From Candidatus Sumerlaeaceae bacterium (GTDB lineage: Bacteria; Sumerlaeota; Sumerlaeia; Sumerlaeales; Sumerlaeaceae): a DNA stretch of 50,805 bases. The DNA is taken from contig JBMFRB010000011.1 in the NCBI GenBank assembly GCA_049968255.1, positions 1-50,805 of the forward strand. Direction: 5' to 3'. Shown here piece by piece: positions 1 through 9,219 of the stretch (position 1 is its first letter; every line of letters starts with the position of its first letter). The position numbers were made by a program, and so were the translations under genes. Under the pieces are notes generated by a model that did not search any database, was not told where the DNA came from, and saw only the letters and a program-made list of their open reading frames with translations.

Positions 1-96
1 AGGGGACAAGGGGACAGGGAGACAAGGGGACAAGGGGAGAGGGGGATAGGGAGGCGTGGGGACGTCGCCTCTTCGCCCCGTCGCCAAGTCTCCCCG
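1..96. repeat. Octamer tandem repeat with a purine arm and a complementary pyrimidine arm, inside res
   Basis: 8-nt phasing: aggggaca aggggaca gggagaca aggggaca aggggaga gggggata gggaggcg tggggacg | tcgcctct tcgccccg tcgccaag tctccccg; probably extends left of the window. Confidence 0.85.
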
Positions 97-2886
97 TCAC
101 AGATCGAGCCGTACACCAGGCAGGACCTCAACAAGCTGGCCTTCTGGATGGCCACTGGCAGTGGCAAAACGCTGCTCATGCACATCAACATCTTGCAGTA
201 CCAGCACTACCTGAAAAAACATAACCGTGAAGGTGAGCTAAACCGGATCATCCTGCTCACGCCCAACGAGGGGCTCTCGCACCAGCATCTGGAGGAGTTT
301 CAGCTTTCGGGCATTGAAGCCGAGCTGTTCTCCAAGGAAGGCCGGAACCTCTTCACGGGTCGCGCGGTGGAGATCATCGACATCCACAAGCTGCGCGACG
401 AGATGGGCGAGAAGACCGTGGCCGTCGAGGCCTTTGAGGGGGATAACCTGGTCCTTGTCGACGAAGGCCACCGCGGCACCAGCAGCGCGGAAACGGGAGC
501 CTGGATGCAGAAGCGGAACCAGCTCTGCGAGAACGGTTTTTCCTTCGAATACTCCGCGACCTTCGGCCAGGCGATGAAGGCCAGCGGGAACCGCGCCCTG
601 GAGCAGAGCTATGCCAAGTGCATCCTCTTTGATTACTCGTATAGGTACTTTTACGAGGACGGCTACGGCAAGGACTACCGCATCCTAAACCTGGAGAATG
701 ACTCCGACGAAGCTATCCGACGCCGGTATCTCACCGCCTGCCTCCTGACGTTCTATCAGCAGCTCAAACTCTATCGCGACAAGCCGGAAGCGTTCCGGCC
801 TTTTTTGGTCGAGCGTCCGCTCTGGGTCTTTGTGGGCGGCAGCGTCAACGCGGTGCGCTCCGAAAACAAACGCAAAGTCTCCGACGTCGTGGACATCCTT
901 CTCTTCTTGGCAACCTTCGTGCGGGAGCGCGACGAAAGCGTCGCGACGATTGAACGGTTACTCAAAGGACGATCGGGTCTGCTCGATTCCCAAAATCGCG
1001 ACATCTTCGCGGGGGCTTTTCCATACCTGAACACCCTTGACGCCCCGCCCGATCAGGTCTTCAACGATATTCTGCGCATGCTCTTCAATGCTCAGGCCAC
1101 CGCCGCCTTACACGTGGAGAATTTGAAAGGGACGGATGGGGAGGTGGCGCTTCGCCTCGGGACCAACGAGCCCTTTGGGGTAATCAACGTCGGCGACGCT
1201 TCTGCTCTGTGCAAGCTGTGCGAGTCACAATCCGAGCTTGTGGTCGTGGAAAAGGAGTTCTCTGGCTCGCTCTTCCGAACTCTTAATGACGAGGCGTCGA
1301 CGATCAACATCCTGATCGGATCCAAGAAGTTCACCGAAGGCTGGTCGAGCTGGCGGGTGAGCACCATGGGCCTGATGAACATCGGGCGCAACGAGGGCCC
1401 GCAGATCATTCAGCTCTTTGGCCGCGGCGTCCGGCTCAAGGGCAAGGACTTCTCGCTCAAGCGAAGCCGCAGGCTTGCTCAACTTGGAGAAAAAGAAGCC
1501 CCGCCGAAGAACATCGAGATCCTGGAGACGCTCAACATCTTCGGCATCCGCGCGGACTACATGCGCCAGTTCAAGGAATACCTTGAGAACGAGGGATTGC
1601 CAACCAATGAGGCCCGGATCGAATTCGTGTTGCCGGTGATCAAGAATCTGGGAACCAAGAAGCTCAAGATCATCCGGCTCAAGGAGGGCGTCAATTTCAA
1701 AAAGACTGGTCGAAAGCCGGTACTCGACAGTGCCCTTCCAAAGTTTTTCCGTCCGGTCGTCCTCGATTGGTACCCCAAGTTGCAGACCATGGAGAGCCTT
1801 TCTGGGCAAACAAAGGGGTACCTCACAGAGCGCCAGCGGTGTTCTTTCCGAGAGGAACATTTAGAGTTTCTCGATTTCGACGCCATCTATTTCGAGCTTC
1901 AGCAATTCAAGAATGAACGCGGATGGCATAATCTTGTCCTTCCGCGTGGCGTGATGCGCGAGCTGCTCAAGCGAAACGACTGGTACCAGCTTTGGATTCC
2001 CGAGGAGGAAATGGAGTTCCGGTCGTTTCAGCAAGTGTCGCGCTGGCAGGAAATAGCCGTTGCCCTGCTAAAAAAGTATGTCGACCGCGTCTATAAGCTT
2101 GAAAAGCAGGAGTTCGAGAGTTCTTATTTGGAGTACCGAGAGCTGACAGAAGACGATCCTAACTTCGTGAGCGAGTACCAGCTGCTCATCGCGCAGTCGC
2201 GCAAGGACATCATTGAAAAACTCGAAGAAATAAAACGTCTGGTCCAAAGCGGGGACCTAAGAGAAGCCACGTTCCACAAACTCGCGCTTGAATATGATTC
2301 CCTGCGTTCGATCGCGTTTGCCGGACATTTGTATCAGCCGCTTATTTATATCAGTGGGAGCAGTGAGATAGAGATCAAGCCCGTGGTGCTGGAGAATGAA
2401 GGAGAGCGGGACTTTGTGTTGGATCTAAAGAAATTTTGTGAATCGCAAGAAGGCCAAGATTTTTTCAGGGGCAAGGAACTTTATCTGCTTCGCAATCAGA
2501 GCCGAGGCCGCGGCATCGGATTCTTCCAGGCGGGCAACTTTTACCCCGACTTCATCCTGTGGCTGCTCGCCGACGGCAAACAATATGTCAATTTTGTGGA
2601 CCCAAAAGGGCTACGGTATCTTGAAGGTCCTGAGGATCCAAAGATCCGATTCTGCGACGAAATCAAGGAGCTTGAACGCCAATTAGGCGATCCGGACGTC
2701 GTTCTGAATTCGTTCATTCTCTCTCACACACCTCTCTCCGTTATCAAATCTATGAGCAGCGAAGTGACGAAAGAGATGCTCGAGGCAAGCAACGTATTAT
2801 TTCAGCACGAAGACCGCGCGACTTACGTCGGAACCCTCCTGGCAAAAATTCTGGGGCAGGAGCGACTCGCCACTGTCTCGTCATGA
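1..2886 (+). CDS. res: Type III restriction-modification Res subunit (SF2 helicase + PD-(D/E)xK nuclease), 5'-truncated by the window
   Basis: Frame 1 is open from base 1 into KLAFWMATGSGKT (Walker A); VDEGH (DEAH-like), EYSATF, QLFGRGVRL (motif VI); C-terminal FYPDFILWL...FVDPKG nuclease motif. Confidence 0.88.
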   Translation, partial: RGQGDRETRGQGERGIGRRGDVASSPRRQVSPSQIEPYTRQDLNKLAFWMATGSGKTLLMHINILQYQHYLKKHNREGELNRIILLTPNEGLSHQHLEEFQLSGIEAELFSKEGRNLFTGRAVEIIDIHKLRDEMGEKTVAVEAFEGDNLVLVDEGHRGTSSAETGAWMQKRNQLCENGFSFEYSATFGQAMKASGNRALEQSYAKCILFDYSYRYFYEDGYGKDYRILNLENDSDEAIRRRYLTACLLTFYQQLKLYRDKPEAFRPFLVERPLWVFVGGSVNAVRSENKRKVSDVVDILLFLATFVRERDESVATIERLLKGRSGLLDSQNRDIFAGAFPYLNTLDAPPDQVFNDILRMLFNAQATAALHVENLKGTDGEVALRLGTNEPFGVINVGDASALCKLCESQSELVVVEKEFSGSLFRTLNDEASTINILIGSKKFTEGWSSWRVSTMGLMNIGRNEGPQIIQLFGRGVRLKGKDFSLKRSRRLAQLGEKEAPPKNIEILETLNIFGIRADYMRQFKEYLENEGLPTNEARIEFVLPVIKNLGTKKLKIIRLKEGVNFKKTGRKPVLDSALPKFFRPVVLDWYPKLQTMESLSGQTKGYLTERQRCSFREEHLEFLDFDAIYFELQQFKNERGWHNLVLPRGVMRELLKRNDWYQLWIPEEEMEFRSFQQVSRWQEIAVALLKKYVDRVYKLEKQEFESSYLEYRELTEDDPNFVSEYQLLIAQSRKDIIEKLEEIKRLVQSGDLREATFHKLALEYDSLRSIAFAGHLYQPLIYISGSSEIEIKPVVLENEGERDFVLDLKKFCESQEGQDFFRGKELYLLRNQSRGRGIGFFQAGNFYPDFILWLLADGKQYVNFVDPKGLRYLEGPEDPKIRFCDEIKELERQLGDPDVVLNSFILSHTPLSVIKSMSSEVTKEMLEASNVLFQHEDRATYVGTLLAKILGQERLATVSS

Positions 2887-3158
2887 TGGCTGAAGAGGAG
2901 CCGAAATGCCTGGGCTACCATCGCAGAACTCGATCGTGGGGAGAGGCGAAGTGGCCAAGCTTGCCATCGGCCGGGCAAGTGTGAGCTGCCTGCAGGTCCC
3001 CGCACGCGTGCCAGGGCCGCGGGTGGGGAGTGGCCGGTTGTGGGGGGCTGCGCTGGTCAAATTCTGCTTGCGTCGCAGGCCAGAGTGCCCGCAATGCTCG
3101 AACTGCGCAGCATAGTCGTAAGGCGTTTGAGAAAATTTTTGCCCCAAGAGACTTAGCA

Positions 3159-4187
3159 ATGGTCGAAAGCCGAATGCCGATCCTTGAGTTCATTCTCCGC
3201 AACTACAAGAACTTCAACTCGCGCGCCACGCGCGATGCGACTCTGGCCTATTGGCGCCACATTCGCCAGGGTGGCAAGATGTTCTGGGCCGTGGCGGGTG
3301 CCATGTCGTCGGCGCAGCTGGGCATCAGCCTTGCCCCTGCCATCCGCGCCGGCCTCGTCCATGGCATGTCCGTGACGGGGGCTAATCTCGAAGAGTCGCT
3401 CTTCCGCCTCGTGGCCCACGAGCATTATCACGATTATCCTGATTACCGCTACTTCCGCAAGGAGGACGACGCGCGACTGCTGGAGCTGGGCCAGCGGCGC
3501 GTGACCGACACGAGCATCCCCGAGGACGAGGCCTTCCGCGTGGTGGAGAAGCTCATCGTGCCCATGTGGGAGGAGGCTTCGCGTACGGGCCATCGCGCGT
3601 TCTGGCACGAGTACTTCTACCGACTGGTGCTGTCGCTCGGTCGCGCGCTCATGTCTGGCCCGCCCGAGGAATGCTGGCTCTTGGCGGCTGCCGAGCGCAA
3701 CCTGCCCATCGTCGTGCCCGGCCACGAGGATTCCACTTTTGGCAACATCTTCGCCTCCTATGTGAAGACGGGCGAGTGTCGCGCCGACATTGTCAAATCG
3801 GGCATCGAATACATGGTGTGGTTTTACGACGTCTACGAGCAGCTTGCCGAGGGCGCGGGCGTAGGCTTCTTCCAAATCGGCGGCGGCATCGCGGGCGATT
3901 TCCCCATCTGTGTGGTGCCCTCGATCAAATATGATCTCAAAAAGCCCGTGAAGCCGTGGGCCTACTTTTGCCAAATTTCCGATTCGACGACGTCCTACGG
4001 CTCGTACTCGGGCGCCACACCGAATGAGAAAATCACGTGGGATAAGCTTACGCCGGAAACACCAATGTTCGTCATTGAGAGCGACGCCACCATCGTGGCG
4101 CCCCTGATTCTGCAGGCCCTGCTCGAGTGCCAGAGCGCGCCCGAGGAGGCGGACGCGCTTATCGCGCGCTACGCGGGCGCCAACTGA
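3159..4187 (+). CDS. Deoxyhypusine synthase-like protein (probable homospermidine synthase)
   Basis: AGAMSSAQLG, TGANLEE, RRVTDT, IGGGIAGDF, STTSYGSYSGATPNEKITWDK, IESDATIVAPL motifs; start at ATG 3159 or 3174 rather than 3030. Confidence 0.88.
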   Translation: MVESRMPILEFILRNYKNFNSRATRDATLAYWRHIRQGGKMFWAVAGAMSSAQLGISLAPAIRAGLVHGMSVTGANLEESLFRLVAHEHYHDYPDYRYFRKEDDARLLELGQRRVTDTSIPEDEAFRVVEKLIVPMWEEASRTGHRAFWHEYFYRLVLSLGRALMSGPPEECWLLAAAERNLPIVVPGHEDSTFGNIFASYVKTGECRADIVKSGIEYMVWFYDVYEQLAEGAGVGFFQIGGGIAGDFPICVVPSIKYDLKKPVKPWAYFCQISDSTTSYGSYSGATPNEKITWDKLTPETPMFVIESDATIVAPLILQALLECQSAPEEADALIARYAGAN

Positions 4188-4628
4188 GGTGCACCTGGCA
4201 GAACTATCCGTGCCCCTCAAGCCAGGGGAGCTCTCCTTGCGGTGGGTTACGCCAGCGCAACGCTAGGCGCTGGCCTGCCAAGGGGCGGCCGAACGCCCGC
4301 CTTTGCTATCGCATGCTGTTGGCGTGCCGCCAACAGCCCGCGCGGGCGCGGCGTAATTTCGCACGTCTGAGCGTTCATGTTCGCCCCCAAGTGCCACAGA
4401 GGCTCGGCAACGCGAACGCCTCTTTCGTCTCCCCGTGGCCGCCTGCCGGCGTAGGGCGCGGCGAAGCGAAACACCCGGCGCGCACATTCCCAACATCGGC
4501 GAACCACGGGCAGCTTCCGACCAACGCGAGAAATGAGCGGCTCAAGGCTGTCCGGCTCAAGGAACACGAGCGGTAAGCGAAAACCACACTCGTCAGCTCC
4601 CTGGCTACAGCTTCCGACACCAGTCCCC

Positions 4629-5120
4629 TCACGTGAGGGCCCGGATTCCAGGGATCTGGTGAAGATTCTCGAAGATGTGGCAGGATTGGATGAGATCGGG
4701 CGAGGTCAGCTCCTGTGGGCCGATAACGCGGACGATTTTACCGCGGCGCGCCAGGTGGTCGATCAGCGCTTTGAAATCACCGTCGCCCGTCACGAGCACC
4801 ATCTCGTCCACTGCCTCGCTCTGACTCATGACCTCCAAGGCCATCTCGAGGTCCATGTTGGCCTTAGTCTCGCCATTAGGAAGGCGCCGGATTGGCTTGG
4901 CGATGACGCGGTAGCCGATGAGTCCCAGCGCGTTGAGGAATGACATCTGTTCGCGATTGTTTGGGTCGTAGCATGTGAAGGCGTTGAATGTGACAACCGT
5001 GTCGGAGCCTTTGCTTAGGTGGGCGCGCAAAGTATCGAAGTTGATGCGCCCGTCGCCAAAGACCTGCTTCGTGGTGAGATAGATATTTTGAATATCAATG
5101 AAAACGGCGATACGTTTCAT
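4629..5120 (-). CDS. NYN domain (LabA/DUF88, PIN-like) protein
   Basis: AVFIDIQNI, KANMDLEMALE, LVTGDGDFKAL, TSPDLIQSCHIF match the NYN acidic active-site pattern. Confidence 0.9.
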   Translation of the reverse strand: MKRIAVFIDIQNIYLTTKQVFGDGRINFDTLRAHLSKGSDTVVTFNAFTCYDPNNREQMSFLNALGLIGYRVIAKPIRRLPNGETKANMDLEMALEVMSQSEAVDEMVLVTGDGDFKALIDHLARRGKIVRVIGPQELTSPDLIQSCHIFENLHQIPGIRALT

Positions 5121-5485
5121 TTTTTCTGTTCTCTATAGAAAATGAGTATCGAACCTACCTGAGAGAAGTAGCCAACAATCCCCCATCGCAATGCAAAGAC
5201 ATTTTCAGAAAAACCTGTGGGTGCGGTGCCTGGCCTCTCTCCATTGGCCTTGTGCAGCGCGTGGACGCGAGCGCTAATGCTTAGTACATAGCGGCCACTC
5301 TGCTAAGCGTGATTGCCGTGCGTGCACGCGAGGGGCTGATGTGCGCCCGTTTGTCCTTCTTTTGAATTTTGCACTCAGCCCGAGGTCGGCGCCACATCAC
5401 ACCATGCGGCAACTGCCGCCCCCCTCAGGCACGCAAGGTTTTCGTCACGGCAGCCCCGCAATCCTCTAGCGGTGTTTCATTGTCG

Positions 5486-5513
5486 TTGACGCGGACTTAT
5501 TCCGTCCTATTCT
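5486..5513 (+). promoter_or_regulatory. Putative sigma70 promoter of sucA
   Basis: TTGACG-16 nt-TATTCT about 105 nt upstream of the ATG at 5619. Confidence 0.4.
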
Positions 5514-5618
5514 TTTGTGCAATTTTTATGGGCCTGCGGTATCTATTCCCGTGGATGTCACGCCGCAGGGCGACACAAAAACGCAGGCGAGATTGTGTCA
5601 TCACGGAACGGAGCTCCT

Positions 5619-8429
5619 ATGCCGAAACGCATTGCAGTAGGGCTTAACGCCGCATATTTTGAACAGGCCTACGAGGCTTGGCAACGAGATCCTACCTCAG
5701 TAGGTCCGGAGATGGCTGCGTTCTTCGAGGGATTCGAGTTTGCGCGCTCCGCTGAAGCAGCTCCCATTGAAGGTAAACACCTCCAATCTGCCGTTAACTC
5801 GTTAATTTATCATTATCGTGCTGTTGGACATCGCATTGCCGACATCAATCCCCTTGATTCTCCCCCGTCTTCTCATCCTGAGCTCGAACTCGAGAGCTTC
5901 GGCCTTTCCGCTCAGGACCTTGATCAGACTTTTGACGCGAACCACATCCCCGGCATTGCCGCCGCCCCTCTGCGCGAGATCCTCGCCATCATGCGCGAAA
6001 CCTATTGTGGTCCTATCGGCGTGGAATACATGCACATCCAGGAGCGTGCCGAGCGCCGTTGGCTTCAGCAGCGTATGGAAACCATCCGTAACCGGCCGCA
6101 ATTCACGCCCGACGAACGCCTGCGTTTGTGGCGGATGCTGTTGCGTGCGCAGATGTTCGAGCATTTCTTGCAGAGCACGTACCGCGGACAAAAGCGCTTC
6201 TCGCTGGAAGGGGCGGAAACGCTCATCGCGGCGCTCGACGATTTGCTTACGCAGGCGGCAACTGCGGGCATCGTCGAGATCGTGTTCGGTATGGCGCATC
6301 GTGGTCGCCTCAACGTGCTGGCGAACGTCCTGCAAAAGCCGCTTGAGATGATTTTCCACGAGTTCGAGGACAATTTCATCGCCGACACCTACTACGGCGA
6401 TGGCGATGTCAAGTATCACAAGGGGTTTTCCAACGATATCGTCACACCGGGCGGGCGACAGCTGCATCTTTCCCTTGTGGCTAACCCCAGTCACCTTGAG
6501 GCCGTGAATCCCGTCGTCGAGGGTAAGGCACGTGCAAAGCAGGCCATCCGCAACGACACGGAGCGCAAAATTGTGCTCCCGCTGCTCATTCACGGCGATG
6601 CCGCGTTCGCCGGGCAGGGCATCGTGGCCGAAACGCTCAATCTTGCCCTGCTCAAGGGCTATCGCACCGGTGGCACGATTCACTTCATCATCAACAATCA
6701 GGTGGGATTCACCACATCGCCCCAGGACTACAAATCCTCGCTTTATCCCACCGACGTGGCCAAGGGCTATGGCGCGCCGATCTTCCACGTCAACGGCGAT
6801 CGGCCCGAATACGTGGCCCACGCCCTGCGGCTGGCGCTCGAGTTTCGCCAGACCTTTGCCAAAGACGTGGTTGTGGATATGTGGTGCTACCGGCGCCTCG
6901 GCCACAACGAAACCGACGAGCCCTCCTTCACACAGCCATTGCTCTACGCAAAAATCGACAAACACCCGCCTGTGCTTGAACTTTACACGCAAGAGCTCAA
7001 GTCGGCAGGCATTCTTACCGACGAATTCGAGAACAAGGAGCGCGAAGCCTACGAGGCAGAGTTGGATGCAGCACGGCGAGATGCTGCGGAGCCTGAGCCG
7101 GTGGAGATTGTCGAGGAGCTTGGCGGGCGCTGGCGCGGACTTGTGCGCGAGTACTCCCATACACCGGTGCCCACTGGGGTGGAGCGCGCCGTCCTTGAAC
7201 ACATTGCGCGCCGCGTGTGCGAGTTTCCCCCTGGCTTCACACCCCATCGAAAAATCCGCAAGTTCTACGAAGATTTCCGCGATGCGGTGTTAGCGGGCGG
7301 TCCCCTCTTCTGGGCCCAGGCCGAAATCCTTGCATTCGGCTCGCTGCTGCTAGAAGGCACGGGCGTGCGCCTCAGTGGCGAGGACAGCCGCCGCGGCACT
7401 TTCAGTCAGCGCCATGCTGCCGTCATCGACCAAAAAACCGGCGACATGCATATCCCGCTCACGCAGCTCGACCCGAACCAGGCACAGTTCTGTGTTTACG
7501 ACAGTGCTCTGGCCGAAGCGTCAGTTCTAGGTTTCGATTATGGCTACTCCATTGGCGACCCGCATCGGCTCATCATCTGGGAAGCACAGTTCGGCGATTT
7601 CGTCAACGGCGCACAAGTGATACTCGATCAATTCATTGCGGCAGCCATTTCGAAGTGGGATCAATGCAGCGGGCTGGTGCTCTTTCTGCCGCACGGCTAT
7701 GAGGGGCAGGGGCCCGAGCATTCCAATGCTTGGCTAGCCCGACACCTGCGTGCCTGCGCAGAAAACAACATGGAGGTCGTGCAGCCGAGTACGCCCGCAC
7801 AATTCTTCCATTGCCTGCGTCGTCAGGTGAGGCGAAAATTCCGGCGCCCCCTCATTATGCTTACGCCGAAGAGTCTGCTGCGCCATCCGGAGGTCACAAG
7901 CCGTGTGGAAGAGCTCACTGAGGGGCATTTTCAAGAGATACTCGACGACCCACAGGTGCCGCGCTCACCGCGCCGGGTGCTTTTCTGTAGCGGAAAAGTC
8001 TACTATGAGTTGGCAGCCGCCCGGCGCGAACGCGGGATCAGCGACGTGGCCATCGTCCGCATCGAGCAGTTTTACCCCATTTGGGACGATCTGTGGGAAG
8101 ACATCACGGAGAAATATCAAGCCGTCCCCGAGTGGGTGTGGGTCAGCGAAGAACCCACAAACTTCGGCGCATGGGGATTTGTGCATGCAAACCTGACAAC
8201 CTATCGGACGGATATGCCGATTTGGTATATCGGGCGAGCACGCTCGGCCTCGCCAGCCACAGCCTCGCTTTCCATGCATCGCCGCCAGCAACAGCTCATC
8301 ATCGAGCACGCCCTCCGGCCCGACCCCCTGGAGCCGATTCTTACCGATGGAGTGGCGGTGTTCCGCCGCGGCGAACCTCACTGGAGACTCAAATCACTAG
8401 AAGAACTGCGTGAGACCGCCGAAACATGA
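5619..8429 (+). CDS. sucA: 2-oxoglutarate dehydrogenase E1 component
   Basis: QKRFSLEGAE, GMAHRGRLN, GDVKYH, NPSHLEAV, HGDAAFAGQG (ThDP motif), WEAQFGDF, HGYEGQGPEHS; GGAG SD before ATG 5619. Confidence 0.95.
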   Translation: MPKRIAVGLNAAYFEQAYEAWQRDPTSVGPEMAAFFEGFEFARSAEAAPIEGKHLQSAVNSLIYHYRAVGHRIADINPLDSPPSSHPELELESFGLSAQDLDQTFDANHIPGIAAAPLREILAIMRETYCGPIGVEYMHIQERAERRWLQQRMETIRNRPQFTPDERLRLWRMLLRAQMFEHFLQSTYRGQKRFSLEGAETLIAALDDLLTQAATAGIVEIVFGMAHRGRLNVLANVLQKPLEMIFHEFEDNFIADTYYGDGDVKYHKGFSNDIVTPGGRQLHLSLVANPSHLEAVNPVVEGKARAKQAIRNDTERKIVLPLLIHGDAAFAGQGIVAETLNLALLKGYRTGGTIHFIINNQVGFTTSPQDYKSSLYPTDVAKGYGAPIFHVNGDRPEYVAHALRLALEFRQTFAKDVVVDMWCYRRLGHNETDEPSFTQPLLYAKIDKHPPVLELYTQELKSAGILTDEFENKEREAYEAELDAARRDAAEPEPVEIVEELGGRWRGLVREYSHTPVPTGVERAVLEHIARRVCEFPPGFTPHRKIRKFYEDFRDAVLAGGPLFWAQAEILAFGSLLLEGTGVRLSGEDSRRGTFSQRHAAVIDQKTGDMHIPLTQLDPNQAQFCVYDSALAEASVLGFDYGYSIGDPHRLIIWEAQFGDFVNGAQVILDQFIAAAISKWDQCSGLVLFLPHGYEGQGPEHSNAWLARHLRACAENNMEVVQPSTPAQFFHCLRRQVRRKFRRPLIMLTPKSLLRHPEVTSRVEELTEGHFQEILDDPQVPRSPRRVLFCSGKVYYELAAARRERGISDVAIVRIEQFYPIWDDLWEDITEKYQAVPEWVWVSEEPTNFGAWGFVHANLTTYRTDMPIWYIGRARSASPATASLSMHRRQQQLIIEHALRPDPLEPILTDGVAVFRRGEPHWRLKSLEELRETAET

Positions 8430-8521
8430 GCTTCTTCCCTCCCTTTGGCGCTTTCCCATTTTCTTCAGGTCAGCTGAAGAGTAATTCGAAGGGCACATTT
8501 CCATAGGATGAAATAGACACG

Positions 8522-8552
8522 TTGACAAATTGACTGAAGCGTGTGATAAGAT
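8522..8552 (+). promoter_or_regulatory. Putative promoter (TTGACA plus extended -10) with no clear downstream gene
   Basis: TTGACA at 8522; TGaTAAGAT at 8544-8552; spacer is 19 nt, longer than optimal. Confidence 0.3.
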
Positions 8553-9219
8553 TTCCTTATCTCTGGATCACTCTCTACAAAGGCTTTGAATAAGTCCCCA
8601 TGACGATGTTCTCCTAGTTGCCCGTGGCACGTGCACTCTCTCTTAAGCTCTATGCGTTGTGTGTGTCATTGCAAAAGGGAGGCACGTATTTCCAGATTTC
8701 CGCTGTGTTCTGCGCTCTACCCTCTAAGAGAGAAATGTCTGCTTGCGTGGAGATAAGTTAGAATCTATCGTGGTATGTTCGTTGTCTGTCGAGCATTGCC
8801 ACCTTATTCCCCCCTTAGTTATCTGGTGCAATTTCCTCGCATGTTACTAAGGAAGCTAATACAAACTGCAGCTTTAGGATGAGAAGGTTGAGCCAGGCTA
8901 TATGCCGTTTGACTTGCCCTAAGCACAGTGCCACTGTGAAACCAATGCGCCAAAACGCAAAGCCCTCCGGACTGGAGAGAACGGACAAGTTTTTCAACGA
9001 GTTACGTCTTTCGGCACACGCAGCTATCGGCCGAAGTGGGAAGCTTTCGTCCCGGGATTGGCTCAATCAATTTCGAAAAACCATCGGCATGGGAGGGCAC
9101 GTTATCATGGTGCCCGCTTTGATAAGGCGCATGCGCTTGACAGCGGCCAACGATGTCAAAGGGACAGTGACAGTCGCGCATTTCGGGATTCAGGGGTCGA
9201 TCTGGGGGCAGCAGGACGG

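Noticed and set aside
1-96. CRISPR array
   Set aside because: Contiguous 8-nt units with no unique spacers; no cas genes in the window.
4538-4563. Similarity to res 1661-1686 (RLKAVRLKE versus KLKIIRLKE)
   Set aside because: Only a 13-nt identity with no extension; likely chance.
5802-7247. Long antisense ORFs (481 aa here; also 3153-4220, 14674-15489, 33858-34655, 36001-36942, 42495-43424)
   Set aside because: Shadows of well-supported genes on the opposite strand, expected in GC-rich DNA; no recognisable motifs.
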